From contig PWFU01000107.1 in assembly GCA_003554185.1 (NCBI GenBank), positions 2,980 through 66,979 on the forward strand: a stretch of 64,000 nt of DNA, written 5' to 3'. The DNA comes from Candidatus Dojkabacteria bacterium (lineage in GTDB: Bacteria > Patescibacteriota > Dojkabacteria > SC72 > T1SED10-24). Positions 10,118-20,050 of the stretch are shown here, piece by piece (within the stretch, counting starts at the first letter, position 1; every line of letters starts with the position of its first letter). Made by a program: the position numbers and the translations under genes. The notes under the pieces were generated by a model. It ran no database searches and was not told the DNA's origin. It was given only the letters and a program-made list of their open reading frames with translations.

Positions 10118-10711
10118 TTAAAAGGGTTTGTTGAATATTCCAGAAACTTCTCTTGCAAAACCTATATGTCCAAACGTTTCCGGCCTTATTGTCAATGGCT
10201 TGTTTTCTACTTCAAATATATAATCGTCTAAACCCGCAAATTTGCAAAAAGATTCTCCTGCTTTCACTTCAGCGTTTAGCTTCATTATTTCTGTATGATT
10301 ATTGGAGAGTCCTAGCTCACTTTCTGATGCAAGCATGCCTTCCGATTCAATTTCTCTGAGTTTTGTTTTTTTTATCTCCCCGTCAAATTTATTTGGTTCG
10401 GGATTATTTGGTAATTTTGTTCCAGGAGGAAAATATACGACTTGATCTCCTTTTCCAAGTGTTTTGTCTCCTGCTACGACTTGTATATGTTTTTTCTTCC
10501 CTATGTCTATCTTATATATAGCTAATTTGTCTGCTTTTGGATGTTCTTCTTTATTTTTGATTTCAGCTATTAGAATACCTTTGTATTTTTCTTTTAAGTT
10601 CTCAACCTCTTCAACCTCTGCTAAACCTTCTCTTATTTTCTCTGCAATTTCCTCAGCAGAAGCATCAATATTGTTCGCGTATTCTATTATTTTATTTAAC
10701 GAGATTTTCAT
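10118..10711 (-). CDS. pheT: Phenylalanine--tRNA ligase beta subunit, N-terminal part (ends at in-frame TAA)
   Basis: MKISL start, HPKADKL, ESEGMLASESELGL, RPETFGHIGFAREV. Confidence 0.9.
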   Translation of the reverse strand: MKISLNKIIEYANNIDASAEEIAEKIREGLAEVEEVENLKEKYKGILIAEIKNKEEHPKADKLAIYKIDIGKKKHIQVVAGDKTLGKGDQVVYFPPGTKLPNNPEPNKFDGEIKKTKLREIESEGMLASESELGLSNNHTEIMKLNAEVKAGESFCKFAGLDDYIFEVENKPLTIRPETFGHIGFAREVSGIFNKPF

Positions 10712-10721
10712 TTCAATATTT

Positions 10722-11756
10722 TTAAAATTGATCTAGGAATTCTAGTTCTCCAGAATGTAATTTTCTTATATCATCTATCCCATACTTCATCATTACTACC
10801 CTATCAAGTCCAAAGCCCCAAGCAAAACCTGTGTATTCTTCGGGATCAATACATCCTTCTCTTAAAACATTTGGATGAACCATCCCACATCCCATGATTT
10901 CAATCCAACCTGAGTAACTGCAAATATTACATCCTCTTGTTTTGCAAAAAGGGCAACTAATCATTATTTCTGCACTGGGTTCTGTAAAAGGGAAATACCC
11001 TGTTTGTATTTTAATTTGAAGATTAGCTTCAAATATACCTTCTAAGAACTCTTTTATGACACCGAACATGTCTCCCATGGAAATATCTTTATCGACATAA
11101 ACACCTTCAATTTGATGTAGTGTGTGTTCATGACTTGCGTCTGTTGCTTCATTCCTAAAACATCTGCCTGGGACAACAACTCTAATGGGTATTTTATATG
11201 ATTTTAATACTCGATTTTGCATAGTTGAGGTATGAGCAGGTGGAATGTATCCTTCTTCGGTCCAAAATGTATCCCAATTATCTCTTGCTGGATGCCCTAT
11301 TGGGAAATTTAAGGCTGTAAACATATTATAATCATCATCTATTTGTCTAGATTCCTCAATATCAAATCCCATTTTCTCAAATACGTTCAATATATTTTCT
11401 AATTCTTGATTGAGTATATGCTTGGAGCCAACTTTATTTAAAAGTTTAGGTTTGTTTTCTTGTGATGTATTTATATCAAAGGGAGCTGTTACATCAATTT
11501 GGTCTTGAGAAAATTTTGCTTTTGTTTGAACACTTAGTTGGCCTATTTTGTTTTCTATGAAATGCTTGAGAGTATTTATCTCTTTCCCAAAATTTGCTCT
11601 TTCATCTTTTGGTTTCTCTCCAACATCTTTTAATAGTTGTTTAACTTTACCTTTTTTCCCAAGGTATTTAGTTTTGAGTTCTGAAGGGATAGTAGATTCT
11701 GTGTCTGCTAGAAAAGTTTCGTATACTTCTTTTACTGTTTGATATTTAAAATCCAT
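10722..11756 (-). CDS. pheS: Phenylalanine--tRNA ligase alpha subunit
   Basis: HPARDNWDTF, HTS, FRNEATDASH, FPFTEPS, GFAWGFGLDR. Confidence 0.97.
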   Translation of the reverse strand: MDFKYQTVKEVYETFLADTESTIPSELKTKYLGKKGKVKQLLKDVGEKPKDERANFGKEINTLKHFIENKIGQLSVQTKAKFSQDQIDVTAPFDINTSQENKPKLLNKVGSKHILNQELENILNVFEKMGFDIEESRQIDDDYNMFTALNFPIGHPARDNWDTFWTEEGYIPPAHTSTMQNRVLKSYKIPIRVVVPGRCFRNEATDASHEHTLHQIEGVYVDKDISMGDMFGVIKEFLEGIFEANLQIKIQTGYFPFTEPSAEIMISCPFCKTRGCNICSYSGWIEIMGCGMVHPNVLREGCIDPEEYTGFAWGFGLDRVVMMKYGIDDIRKLHSGELEFLDQF

Positions 11757-11787
11757 CTTTTTTTTCTGATACTCTTTTTAGAGAGAA

Positions 11788-12132
11788 TTATTTTTTAATT
11801 TCTTCAACAATTGCAGAAAATACCTTCGGATGATTTAGTCCTATATCTGATAGGACTTTCCTATTCAACTTTATATCCTTTTTCTTTAACCTATTTACGA
11901 GATCAGAATATGTTAGGCCATTTTGTCTGGCTGCGGCGTTTACTCTTTTAGTCCACAGTGTTTTCATCTGGCTATGTCTTCTCCTTCTATGTGCATAAGA
12001 ATATTGTCCTGCACGCATAGTAGATTCGTGAGCTACCTTGTATAGCTTGCTTCTAGTCATTCTGTATCCTTTTGCGTCTTTAAGGATATTTTTGTGTCGT
12101 TTTTTTCGAGTATTGCCAGTTTTAACTCTCAT
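11788..12132 (-). CDS. rplT: 50S ribosomal protein L20
   Basis: MRVKTG...AKGY...LW..RVNAAAR...LNRKVLSD. Confidence 0.97.
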   Translation of the reverse strand: MRVKTGNTRKKRHKNILKDAKGYRMTRSKLYKVAHESTMRAGQYSYAHRRRRHSQMKTLWTKRVNAAARQNGLTYSDLVNRLKKKDIKLNRKVLSDIGLNHPKVFSAIVEEIKK

Positions 12133-12133
12133 T

Positions 12134-12340
12134 TTATACTTTTACAGATTTAAATTTTTTGGAAACACTATCATTCATCACTTCTCTAGGAAGTTTCCTT
12201 CTCTTTGATTTTCTTGATAACTTTGTCCTCAGATGATGTTGAGCTCTCTTTTTGTATAATATCTTTCCTTCTTTGCTCCCCTTTGGATTGGTTATCTTTA
12301 TCCTCTTTGAGGCTGTTTTCCTTGTTTTTTGTCTGGGCAT
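12134..12340 (-). CDS. rpmI: 50S ribosomal protein L35
   Basis: MPRQKTRKTASKRIKIT...HHL; canonical infC-rpmI-rplT order. Confidence 0.9.
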   Translation of the reverse strand: MPRQKTRKTASKRIKITNPKGSKEGKILYKKRAQHHLRTKLSRKSKRRKLPREVMNDSVSKKFKSVKV

Positions 12341-12875
12341 CAGGTTTTATAGTGATATATAATTTACGGCCTTCTTCCTTCGGCTCGGGCTCGATGGTAC
12401 TATAATCTGCGAAAATAGTCAATAAATAGTCCATCATATCTTTTGCTTGTTCCTTGGTTTGTCTTCCTTTCCTAAAGATGGTGAATCTTACGTTATGACC
12501 TTTGCCTAGAAATTTTAACGCTTTGGTTGTCCTCACCTGGATGTCATGTTCTTGGATTACTGGGCTAAATTTAAGCTCTTTAAGGTCTTTTCCTTTAGAT
12601 GCTTTGTTTTTCTTTTCCTTCTTTTTTTTATCGTAGAGGTATTTAGAATAATCCATAATTTTACAAACGGGTGGTTCAGAATTTGGGTTAAGCTCTATGA
12701 GATCTAGGTCTTTTTCTCTTGCTTCGTTTAAAGCGTCTCGTGTCTTTTGTTTACCAAGATTCTCCCCCTTTTCATTTATTAAAAGTACCTCTGGTGCTTT
12801 AATATATTCATTTTTATTTACAAACTTTCTTTTTTTATTATCAAAATTTCTAGATTTATTATTTCTTTTAACCAT
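12186..12875 (-). CDS. infC: Translation initiation factor IF-3 with C-terminal extension overlapping rpmI
   Basis: NEYI...LDLIEL...PPVCKIMDYSKYLY, KELKF, GHNV...GRQ. Confidence 0.95.
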   Translation of the reverse strand: MVKRNNKSRNFDNKKRKFVNKNEYIKAPEVLLINEKGENLGKQKTRDALNEAREKDLDLIELNPNSEPPVCKIMDYSKYLYDKKKKEKKNKASKGKDLKELKFSPVIQEHDIQVRTTKALKFLGKGHNVRFTIFRKGRQTKEQAKDMMDYLLTIFADYSTIEPEPKEEGRKLYITIKPDAQTKNKENSLKEDKDNQSKGEQRRKDIIQKESSTSSEDKVIKKIKEKETS

Positions 12876-12901
12876 ATTTTAAATTTAAATTTATATTTAT
12901 A

Positions 12902-14650
12902 TTAAATATTCATTTCTTCTTTAAGAATTTTCATAAATTCTTCTAATTTCATTATACCTAATTCTTTTTTTCCTGCTGGTCTAACGGAAACTGTTTGTGT
13001 TTCTTCCTCCTTATCCCCTATTACAAGAGCATATGGTATTTTCATTAATTCAGAATCTCTTATTCTTGATTGCATGGTTTCATCTTCGTAATTTATGGTT
13101 GCTCTAATATCTCTATCTCTTAATTTCTTTAATATTTCATAAGAATATTCTAAATGCCTTTCTGCTATTGGGATTACTGAAATTTGTTCTGGTGCTAGCC
13201 ATAAAGGGAATTTACCAACGTAATTTTCAATTATAATGCCCATAAAACGTTCCAAAGAGCCATATATTGTTCTGTGTATCATTACGGGTCTTTCTTTTGC
13301 ACCTTCTTCATTTATATACGTCAAATCAAAATTTTCAGGTTGAGCAAAATCCAATTGAATAGTAGAGCACTGCCAAGATCTACCGATACAATCCTTTAGG
13401 TGAAAATCAAATTTGGGGCCGTAGAATGCACCGTCTTCCGGGTTTATTTCGAACTCTATCCTTTCTTCTTTAAGAACTTCTTTCATTGTAGATTCAGCTT
13501 TTTCCCATATTTCATCTGAACCTATTGATTTTGCTGGTCTGGTGGACAGTTCGATGTGATCAATTTCTAGATCGAAAGTATTATATATCTCATTACATAA
13601 TTTAATAACTCCCTTAAGTTCGTCTTTAATCTGGCTCTCCCTGCAATAGATATGTGCATCATCTTGGGTGGCTTCTCTGACTCTCATTAAACCATGTAGC
13701 TCACCAGAAGCTTCATATCTATGTACTGTCCCAATCTCCCCCATTCTTATAGGTAAATCTCTGTATGATCTCTGTTGGGTTTTGTACACTAACATACCTC
13801 CATCGCAGTTCATTGGTTTTACAGCATATTCCATTTTTTCTGCTCCATGGGGAGTTGCTAAAAACATTTTATCTAAAAATGTTTCAAGATGACCACTTTT
13901 CTTCCAAGTGTCTGTAGTTAACATTGTAGGAGTTTTTATCTCTTCATACCCATCTCTACGATGTAAGCTTCTCCAATAATCTATTAGCTTGTTTCTTATT
14001 TTAAGGCCCCTATTGTGCCAAAACACAAAACCCGGGCCTTCTTCATGAAATGAAAAAAGATCTAGGTCTTTACCTAATTTCCTGTGATCTCTTTTAGCAG
14101 CTTCTTCCAACATTTTTTCGTAGGCTTTGAGCTCTTTTTTCGATTGGAAAGCTACTCCGTAGATTCTTGTAAGCATCTTGTTATTTGAATCACCTTTCCA
14201 ATAGGCTCCTGCTATTTGTGTTAACTTGAAAGCCTTGATTTTACCTGTAGAATCTACATGAGGTCCTCTACAGAGATCTATAAATTCGTTATCTCCAGTA
14301 GTATAAAAGCTGAATTTTTCATCAGGAATGTCTTTAATCAGATCTAATTTATACTCCTGCTCTTGTTCTTCTAGGAATTTAATAGTTTCTTGTCGGGATT
14401 TAAATATTTGTTTAAAGGGTAAATCTTTATCTATTATTTTTCTCATCTCTTCTTCAATTTTTGGTAAAACATCTTCACAGATCGGTTCGGGGAATTCAAA
14501 ATCATAGTAATACCCATTCTTTATGGCTGGACCGATACCCAGTTTTGCTTTAGGGTATAGGTTCAAAACGGCGTGAGCTAATATGTGAGAGAGTGAATGT
14601 CTAATCTTCTCTATCTCAGTCACATCTTCTTTTTTCCTCTTTTCTTTCAT
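12902..14650 (-). CDS. thrS: Threonine--tRNA ligase
   Basis: RHSLSH, DLCRGPHV, RDHRKLG, KPMNC, GLMRVR..TQDDAH, FYGPK, HR..YGSLERF. Confidence 0.97.
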   Translation of the reverse strand: MKEKRKKEDVTEIEKIRHSLSHILAHAVLNLYPKAKLGIGPAIKNGYYYDFEFPEPICEDVLPKIEEEMRKIIDKDLPFKQIFKSRQETIKFLEEQEQEYKLDLIKDIPDEKFSFYTTGDNEFIDLCRGPHVDSTGKIKAFKLTQIAGAYWKGDSNNKMLTRIYGVAFQSKKELKAYEKMLEEAAKRDHRKLGKDLDLFSFHEEGPGFVFWHNRGLKIRNKLIDYWRSLHRRDGYEEIKTPTMLTTDTWKKSGHLETFLDKMFLATPHGAEKMEYAVKPMNCDGGMLVYKTQQRSYRDLPIRMGEIGTVHRYEASGELHGLMRVREATQDDAHIYCRESQIKDELKGVIKLCNEIYNTFDLEIDHIELSTRPAKSIGSDEIWEKAESTMKEVLKEERIEFEINPEDGAFYGPKFDFHLKDCIGRSWQCSTIQLDFAQPENFDLTYINEEGAKERPVMIHRTIYGSLERFMGIIIENYVGKFPLWLAPEQISVIPIAERHLEYSYEILKKLRDRDIRATINYEDETMQSRIRDSELMKIPYALVIGDKEEETQTVSVRPAGKKELGIMKLEEFMKILKEEMNI

Positions 14651-14717
14651 GTATTTTAGTTTGAATATTCAAGCTAGGGATATTTATATCGAACTGATCG
14701 ATTGTATATGTCTTAGA

Positions 14718-15479
14718 TCAAAATATCAAGCTTAATTTGTCTTCATCTATCTCAATGTCTTTTGCTGAAAGTATATGTAATTTACTAATGTATTCAGCAA
14801 ATATTGTATAATCCTCATCTTTTCTTAATTCTTCGGCATGTGCTTTAAGAATTATCCAATTATTATCGTTAATTTGAGCCTCAGAAGGGAATTGAACAAT
14901 TTTAAGGTTGCATAAAAAGTCTGTTACTTCATCTAAAGTTGTTAAGCTTTGAATTGTTTTTTGTATATTTTCTTCCCAAGCATTGTTTTGTAAAATTCTT
15001 AGTAAATCCAGTTGTTCAAAGTCATTTGGGAATAATTTTTTAGCTTTGGCTGCATAATTATATGCTTCTAGTACATCATCTCCATAGCTGGCATTTGTCA
15101 GAAGGCTTATTATCTCAGGGTATACTTTCATATTGTTAAGATCTTTATTTAGTTTTCTAGCTTTTTCTGGGAATATGGTTTTCAAATATATTGCATTTGA
15201 TACGTATCTTTCTAGATCTCCTCTCTCTATATATGAAAGAGATTCCTCTGCAAGAGCTCTGTATATCTTTGGGTCTGAATTGAATTTTTCTTCAGGAAAA
15301 AGGATACTTAAAGAGTGTCTAATAGTCTTTATTTCTCCTAGCGTGTATAAATCGTAGATATCATCTATCTCTGCATTATCAAAATTTTCTACGATATTTC
15401 TTAAATGTTCTATATCTTCTTGACGTGTGTCGTTTTCTACATTAAATTTCCTTTTGTTAAGAGGTAATTGTTCATGCAT
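14718..15479 (-). CDS. Hypothetical protein (probably alpha-helical)
   Basis: 253-aa ORF, no recognised motif. Confidence 0.65.
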   Translation of the reverse strand: MHEQLPLNKRKFNVENDTRQEDIEHLRNIVENFDNAEIDDIYDLYTLGEIKTIRHSLSILFPEEKFNSDPKIYRALAEESLSYIERGDLERYVSNAIYLKTIFPEKARKLNKDLNNMKVYPEIISLLTNASYGDDVLEAYNYAAKAKKLFPNDFEQLDLLRILQNNAWEENIQKTIQSLTTLDEVTDFLCNLKIVQFPSEAQINDNNWIILKAHAEELRKDEDYTIFAEYISKLHILSAKDIEIDEDKLSLIF

Positions 15480-15520
15480 TTTTAGTGCTTTTTTCTATGC
15501 TAAAATATTATTATAGGGTA

Positions 15521-16258
15521 TTATATCACAATATATATACTTAATGCATTAAGTCCAAAGTTAATTGTCTCAACCTTTTTAAGGTTGTTTAACTCGAGGT
15601 TCTCTATAGGGTATCGCCTTGGGTGTTTTAGTATAATTGTACCTTTGAATTTTTTTCTGTTTCCTTTCTTAAAACCTGGTAATACCATTTTAGCTGAATC
15701 CAAGACATTTTGTATTTCTTTAACATTCTTCTTGTTGAATTTTTTGTAAGGTGGATCTATAAATACGATGTCGTAAGTCTCATCTAAGTTCCTTTTTTCA
15801 CCAAGAAAATCCTCGACTTTTTGTTTTATTACTGTGGTATTTGTTAGAAAACCAGTTTTTTGAATATTTTTCTCTATACAATATTGTGCATCCTTTGCGG
15901 CGTCAACAAACGTAGCACTATTTGCCCCTCTGGAAAGTGCTTCTAGTCCAAATGAACCGGAACCAGCATATAGGTCCAGAACATCTTTTTTGGGTATATC
16001 GGGGCCTAAAATATTAAAGATTGTTACTTTTAGCCTGTCTGTTAGAGGTCTAGTGTTCTTGGGAACTTCAAGAGAAAAGTTTTTGACTTCTCCTGCGGTT
16101 ATTCTAACCTTTGTGTTTATACCAAATTCCTTCCCCTTTGCTAACATTTTTAAAATTTCTGTTTCTCTTTTCTCATAGTCTTCAGGAGTATCAATTCTCC
16201 ATTTGGCTTTCATTTTTCTTAGTTTTTTCTGTGAGTGTGCACTTAATCCCATACTCAA
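15521..16258 (-). CDS. rsmD: 16S rRNA m2G966 methyltransferase RsmD with N-terminal extension
   Basis: RITAG, TRPLTDRLK..IFNIL, LDLYAGSGSFGLEALSRGA, FIDPPY. Confidence 0.9.
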   Translation of the reverse strand: MSMGLSAHSQKKLRKMKAKWRIDTPEDYEKRETEILKMLAKGKEFGINTKVRITAGEVKNFSLEVPKNTRPLTDRLKVTIFNILGPDIPKKDVLDLYAGSGSFGLEALSRGANSATFVDAAKDAQYCIEKNIQKTGFLTNTTVIKQKVEDFLGEKRNLDETYDIVFIDPPYKKFNKKNVKEIQNVLDSAKMVLPGFKKGNRKKFKGTIILKHPRRYPIENLELNNLKKVETINFGLNALSIYIVI

Positions 16259-16719
16259 TTATATCTAATAACCTCATACATTAAAATGCTTGCTGTAATT
16301 GCAACATTCAAGGATTCCTTGTTTCCGTGCATTGGGATATACAATAGTTCGGTGCATTCGTCCAATACGGGTTCTGATATCCCATTCTTTTCGTGTCCAA
16401 AGACCAGTGCTATATGGTTGCTATCTTTAAAGTATTCAAAATCTTGGAAATTTTTACTTCTTTTATTCAATTCAACTCCATAAACTGGAATTTTTTGTTT
16501 TTTCAATTGCTTAACAGCATCCAGTGTGTTATAGAAGTATTTCCATGACAGGTTTTTTTCTGCTCCTAGAGAAGTTTTAGACATTTTAGGGTTTTCGGGC
16601 GTTGCCGTAATCCCACATATGTATATATTAAGGTTTCCTACTGCGTCAGCTGTGCGAATTATACTACCTGTGTTAAAAACCGACCTTATATTATCTAAGA
16701 CTAAAGTGATTTTTTTCAT
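16255..16719 (-). CDS. SpoU/TrmH-family RNA 2'-O-methyltransferase
   Basis: LDNIRSVFNTGSIIRTAD, FGHEKNG, IPMHGNKESLNVA. Confidence 0.92.
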   Translation of the reverse strand: MKKITLVLDNIRSVFNTGSIIRTADAVGNLNIYICGITATPENPKMSKTSLGAEKNLSWKYFYNTLDAVKQLKKQKIPVYGVELNKRSKNFQDFEYFKDSNHIALVFGHEKNGISEPVLDECTELLYIPMHGNKESLNVAITASILMYEVIRYN

Positions 16720-16724
16720 ATATT

Positions 16725-18710
16725 TTATTTAAAAAGATTATCTTGTATTTCATCTATGTCAGAATATGTATCAAGTATATATTTTGCAACTTCTCTGGTT
16801 TGTTCAAGTAATTCATAATTTGTGATTTCTGATACCTTGAGTATAGGGATACCGGTTTGTTTATACCCATAAACTTCTCCAGGCCCTCTATTCTGTAGAT
16901 CAAATTCTGCAACGTCAAAACCTGAATTATTTTCAGAAAAATATTTCAATCTCTCTCTTATCTTGTTACTTGTTTTGTGTGGAATTACAAAACAATATGC
17001 TTGTTTACTTCCTCTGCCTATTCTTCCTCGAAATTGATGTAACTGTGCTAATCCAAACCTTTCTGCACTCTCTATAACCATAATGGTTGCTTCCGGTATA
17101 TCTACCCCCACTTCCACTACAGAGGTTGCAAAAAGAGCATCTATTTTCTGTTCTTTAAAATTTTTTAAAATCTCGTTTTTTTCAACCTCACTCATCTTAC
17201 CGTGTAGTAATTCTGTTTTAATATCTTTGAACCAAGTTTTAGAAATCTTTTCATATTCCATTGTTGCTGCCTTAGCATCTATTTTTTCAGATTCTTCTAT
17301 CAGTGGAAAGATTACGAATGCTTGTTCTTGATTTTTTGTTTCTTGGATTTTTTTTGCTATAGATTCATAACACTTTTGTCTGCTTTGTGGGTTAATCAAA
17401 TATGTTTTAGTTGGTAATCTGTCTTTAGGTTTGTTTAGTATCAAAGAAATATCCATATCCTGAAATATTACACTAGTTAGTGTTCTTGGTATTGGAGTAG
17501 CAGTCATTACCAGATAATGTGGAACTTTTTTCTCATTTTGCAAATTACTAATTTGACTTCTCTGTTCTACACCAAATCTGTGTTGTTCGTCTACTACTAC
17601 CAACCCTGTATTTTCTGGTAATTTTGTGTTGTACAATAGCGCATGTGTCCCTACAATTAGTTGTGGCTTTTTGGAAGGTTTTATTTCTTTTTTTGTGATT
17701 CTAAGTTGTACATCTATGTCTTTATCTTGAAAAAGTTTTTCTAGTGTTTGATAGTGTTGCTTGGCTAATATAGTTGTTGGGACCATAATAACTGTTGAAT
17801 ATCCTGATAGTGATGCATTGTATGCTGCAATCCCTGCGACGATTGTTTTACCGCTTCCTACATCTCCATTCAATAATCTTTTCATAGGTTTTTCAAAATT
17901 CATATCTTCTAAGATTTCCTCTATTGCTGTTTCTTGGTCTTTAGTTAGTTCAAAAGGCAATGTTTTTTTAAAATCTTCTATACTCTTTCTTTTCTTAGAT
18001 ATTTTAGGGGCTTCTTTTCTTAGTTTCTCCTCCTTCTTTCTTTCAATCTGTAAAGAAATATTCAGCATCTCATCAAAAGCTAATCTTTTTCTCGCCTTCT
18101 CTATGTCTTCAAAATTTTGTGCAAAGTGAATTTTCTCTATGGCTTGTTCTAAGGGTATTAAATTATGATATTCTAAAACTTCTTGAGGTAAACGGTCTTG
18201 CACAATCTTAGGTATCTTGTCTTTTAACCAGGTAATCCTTGATCTTAGCCATTTAGATGTTATACCTGCAGTTTCGTGGTAGAATGGTGTGATTTTACCT
18301 AAGTGAGTTTGTTTTTCTTGTAATTTTTCGTATGCTGGGTTTGAAAAATCGTTACTTTTGTTTGACATTTTTCCCTCAAAGAGAAAGGTTTCTCCTTTTT
18401 TGATGTTTTTTGTTAAAAAACTTTGATTGAACCAAACTATATTAATTTCCCCACTACTGTCTTTTACTTTAGCTTTTGTAATTATTTTCCTCCCTCTTGT
18501 CCAGATATTTGATATAGATGATACTTCTGCTAGTATAGTTCCTTCTCTCTCCTTCTTTAGTTCTTCTATAGATATTATTTCTGAAGTATCTTTATATTTG
18601 AATGGTATGTGATACAGTAAATCTCGTGTTGTAAAAATATCTAAATTCTCTAGGTACTTACTCTGTTTTGGCCCTATCAAGGGGATTGTAGTTACACTTT
18701 CATTGTGCAT
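16725..18710 (-). CDS. recG: ATP-dependent DNA helicase RecG
   Basis: DLLYHIP, RLLNGDVGSGKT, DEQHRFGV, TATPIPR, ERFGLAQLHQFRGRIGRG, RGPGE. Confidence 0.97.
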   Translation of the reverse strand: MHNESVTTIPLIGPKQSKYLENLDIFTTRDLLYHIPFKYKDTSEIISIEELKKEREGTILAEVSSISNIWTRGRKIITKAKVKDSSGEINIVWFNQSFLTKNIKKGETFLFEGKMSNKSNDFSNPAYEKLQEKQTHLGKITPFYHETAGITSKWLRSRITWLKDKIPKIVQDRLPQEVLEYHNLIPLEQAIEKIHFAQNFEDIEKARKRLAFDEMLNISLQIERKKEEKLRKEAPKISKKRKSIEDFKKTLPFELTKDQETAIEEILEDMNFEKPMKRLLNGDVGSGKTIVAGIAAYNASLSGYSTVIMVPTTILAKQHYQTLEKLFQDKDIDVQLRITKKEIKPSKKPQLIVGTHALLYNTKLPENTGLVVVDEQHRFGVEQRSQISNLQNEKKVPHYLVMTATPIPRTLTSVIFQDMDISLILNKPKDRLPTKTYLINPQSRQKCYESIAKKIQETKNQEQAFVIFPLIEESEKIDAKAATMEYEKISKTWFKDIKTELLHGKMSEVEKNEILKNFKEQKIDALFATSVVEVGVDIPEATIMVIESAERFGLAQLHQFRGRIGRGSKQAYCFVIPHKTSNKIRERLKYFSENNSGFDVAEFDLQNRGPGEVYGYKQTGIPILKVSEITNYELLEQTREVAKYILDTYSDIDEIQDNLFK

Positions 18711-18714
18711 TATC

Positions 18715-18840
18715 TTAGAACACTTCTTCTAGTATTATCATTATACCTGGAAACATTATACCTACTACTAAAAGGAATACTATGAAGATACTTATTCCTA
18801 GTTTTATTTTTTTCCAAGCTTCTTCTTTTTTTCTAGACAT
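18715..18840 (-). CDS. Small single-TM protein, 41 aa (absent from ORF track)
   Basis: MSRKKEEAWKKIKLGISIFIVFLLVVGIMFPGIMIILEEVF; fills the tyrS-recG gap with 2 nt and 4 nt spacing. Confidence 0.7.
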   Translation of the reverse strand: MSRKKEEAWKKIKLGISIFIVFLLVVGIMFPGIMIILEEVF

Positions 18841-18842
18841 AT

Positions 18843-20048
18843 TTATCCTGAAATAATCTTAAATACTTTTTTGCCTACTTTCAAAGTAATAGGGTCTTTT
18901 ATTTCTAATACTACATCATATTCCTTTATTTTCTCACCATCAACGTTTACAGCGGATTGATCTATTAATCTTCGGGCTTCGCTTTTACTTTGTGCTACTT
19001 GGGTATTGTATAGTAGGTCGATGATATTGATACTCTTCTCGTCTATTTCTATTTCATCTATTTCTGTATCATACTCTTTTTTTTGGAAAACATTTTCAAA
19101 ATATTTTTGTGCCTTTTCAGCTTCTGCTTTTGAATTAAATTGGGCTGTAATTTCAAATGCTAGACGTTTTTTAAGTTCCATTGGGTTGGTATTATTGTCT
19201 TTAAGTTCCTTCTCAATCTCTTCTATCTCTTCTAATTCTAGATTAGTTAATAATTCAAATCCTTGAACAATTGCCTCGTCAGGGAAAGACATAACTTTAC
19301 CGTAAATATCATTTGGCTTGTCAGAGAGTTTTATCATATTTCCTTCTGATTTACCCATCTTGGAACCATCTGCTGTGGTCAATAGTTTGCCAGATAGGAC
19401 GAATTTATTTTTATTTAAAATCTCTTGACATAATTGTCTACCAGCCAATGCATTAAACATTTGGTCATTTCCACAAACTTCTACGTCTACATCCAGATAT
19501 ACAGAATCATATCCTTGCATCAAAGGGTATAGAAATTCATTTAGGTAAATTGGACTTTCTTTTTCTAACCTTTTTTGAAACATATCTCTTTTTATCATTT
19601 GCTGTACTGTAAAATGGGAACTCAACTCTATTATATCTTCGAGTGTAAGCTTACTAAGCCAGTCATGGTTAAATACAACTTCGACAGGATTGTCCTTGTT
19701 ATCTATATCTATAATTTTAGATGCTTGTTCTTTATAGTTCTTTAAATTTTTCTTAACTTCTTCTCTCTCCAATTTTTTTCTGGTACTCATCTTGTCAGAA
19801 GGATCACCAATCATTGCTGTAAAATCACCTATTAAAAAGAATACCTTATGACCAAGTTTTCTAAAATCTTCAAGCTTTCTCATTGCTACTGTATGTCCAA
19901 TATGCAAAGTGGGTGCTGTCGGGTCAAAACCTTGATAGACTCTAAGTTTTTTATCACTAAGTAATATCTTCTCGAGCTCCTCCTTTGAAGGTAAGATTTC
20001 TTCTACTCCTTTGTTTAATAATCTATGAATTGTCTTTTTCTTTTCCAT
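18843..20048 (-). CDS. tyrS: Tyrosine--tRNA ligase
   Basis: GFDPTAPTLHIGH, YPLMQGYD, GNDQ, KMGKS, C-terminal S4-like domain. Confidence 0.97.
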   Translation of the reverse strand: MEKKKTIHRLLNKGVEEILPSKEELEKILLSDKKLRVYQGFDPTAPTLHIGHTVAMRKLEDFRKLGHKVFFLIGDFTAMIGDPSDKMSTRKKLEREEVKKNLKNYKEQASKIIDIDNKDNPVEVVFNHDWLSKLTLEDIIELSSHFTVQQMIKRDMFQKRLEKESPIYLNEFLYPLMQGYDSVYLDVDVEVCGNDQMFNALAGRQLCQEILNKNKFVLSGKLLTTADGSKMGKSEGNMIKLSDKPNDIYGKVMSFPDEAIVQGFELLTNLELEEIEEIEKELKDNNTNPMELKKRLAFEITAQFNSKAEAEKAQKYFENVFQKKEYDTEIDEIEIDEKSINIIDLLYNTQVAQSKSEARRLIDQSAVNVDGEKIKEYDVVLEIKDPITLKVGKKVFKIISG

Positions 20049-20050
20049 AG

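Noticed and set aside
10110-10130. TTTAAAC slippery heptamer at the pheT break, suggesting programmed frameshifting
   Set aside because: The two pheT parts are in the same frame, so a shift would not join them; the +1 frame stops within about 26 codons.
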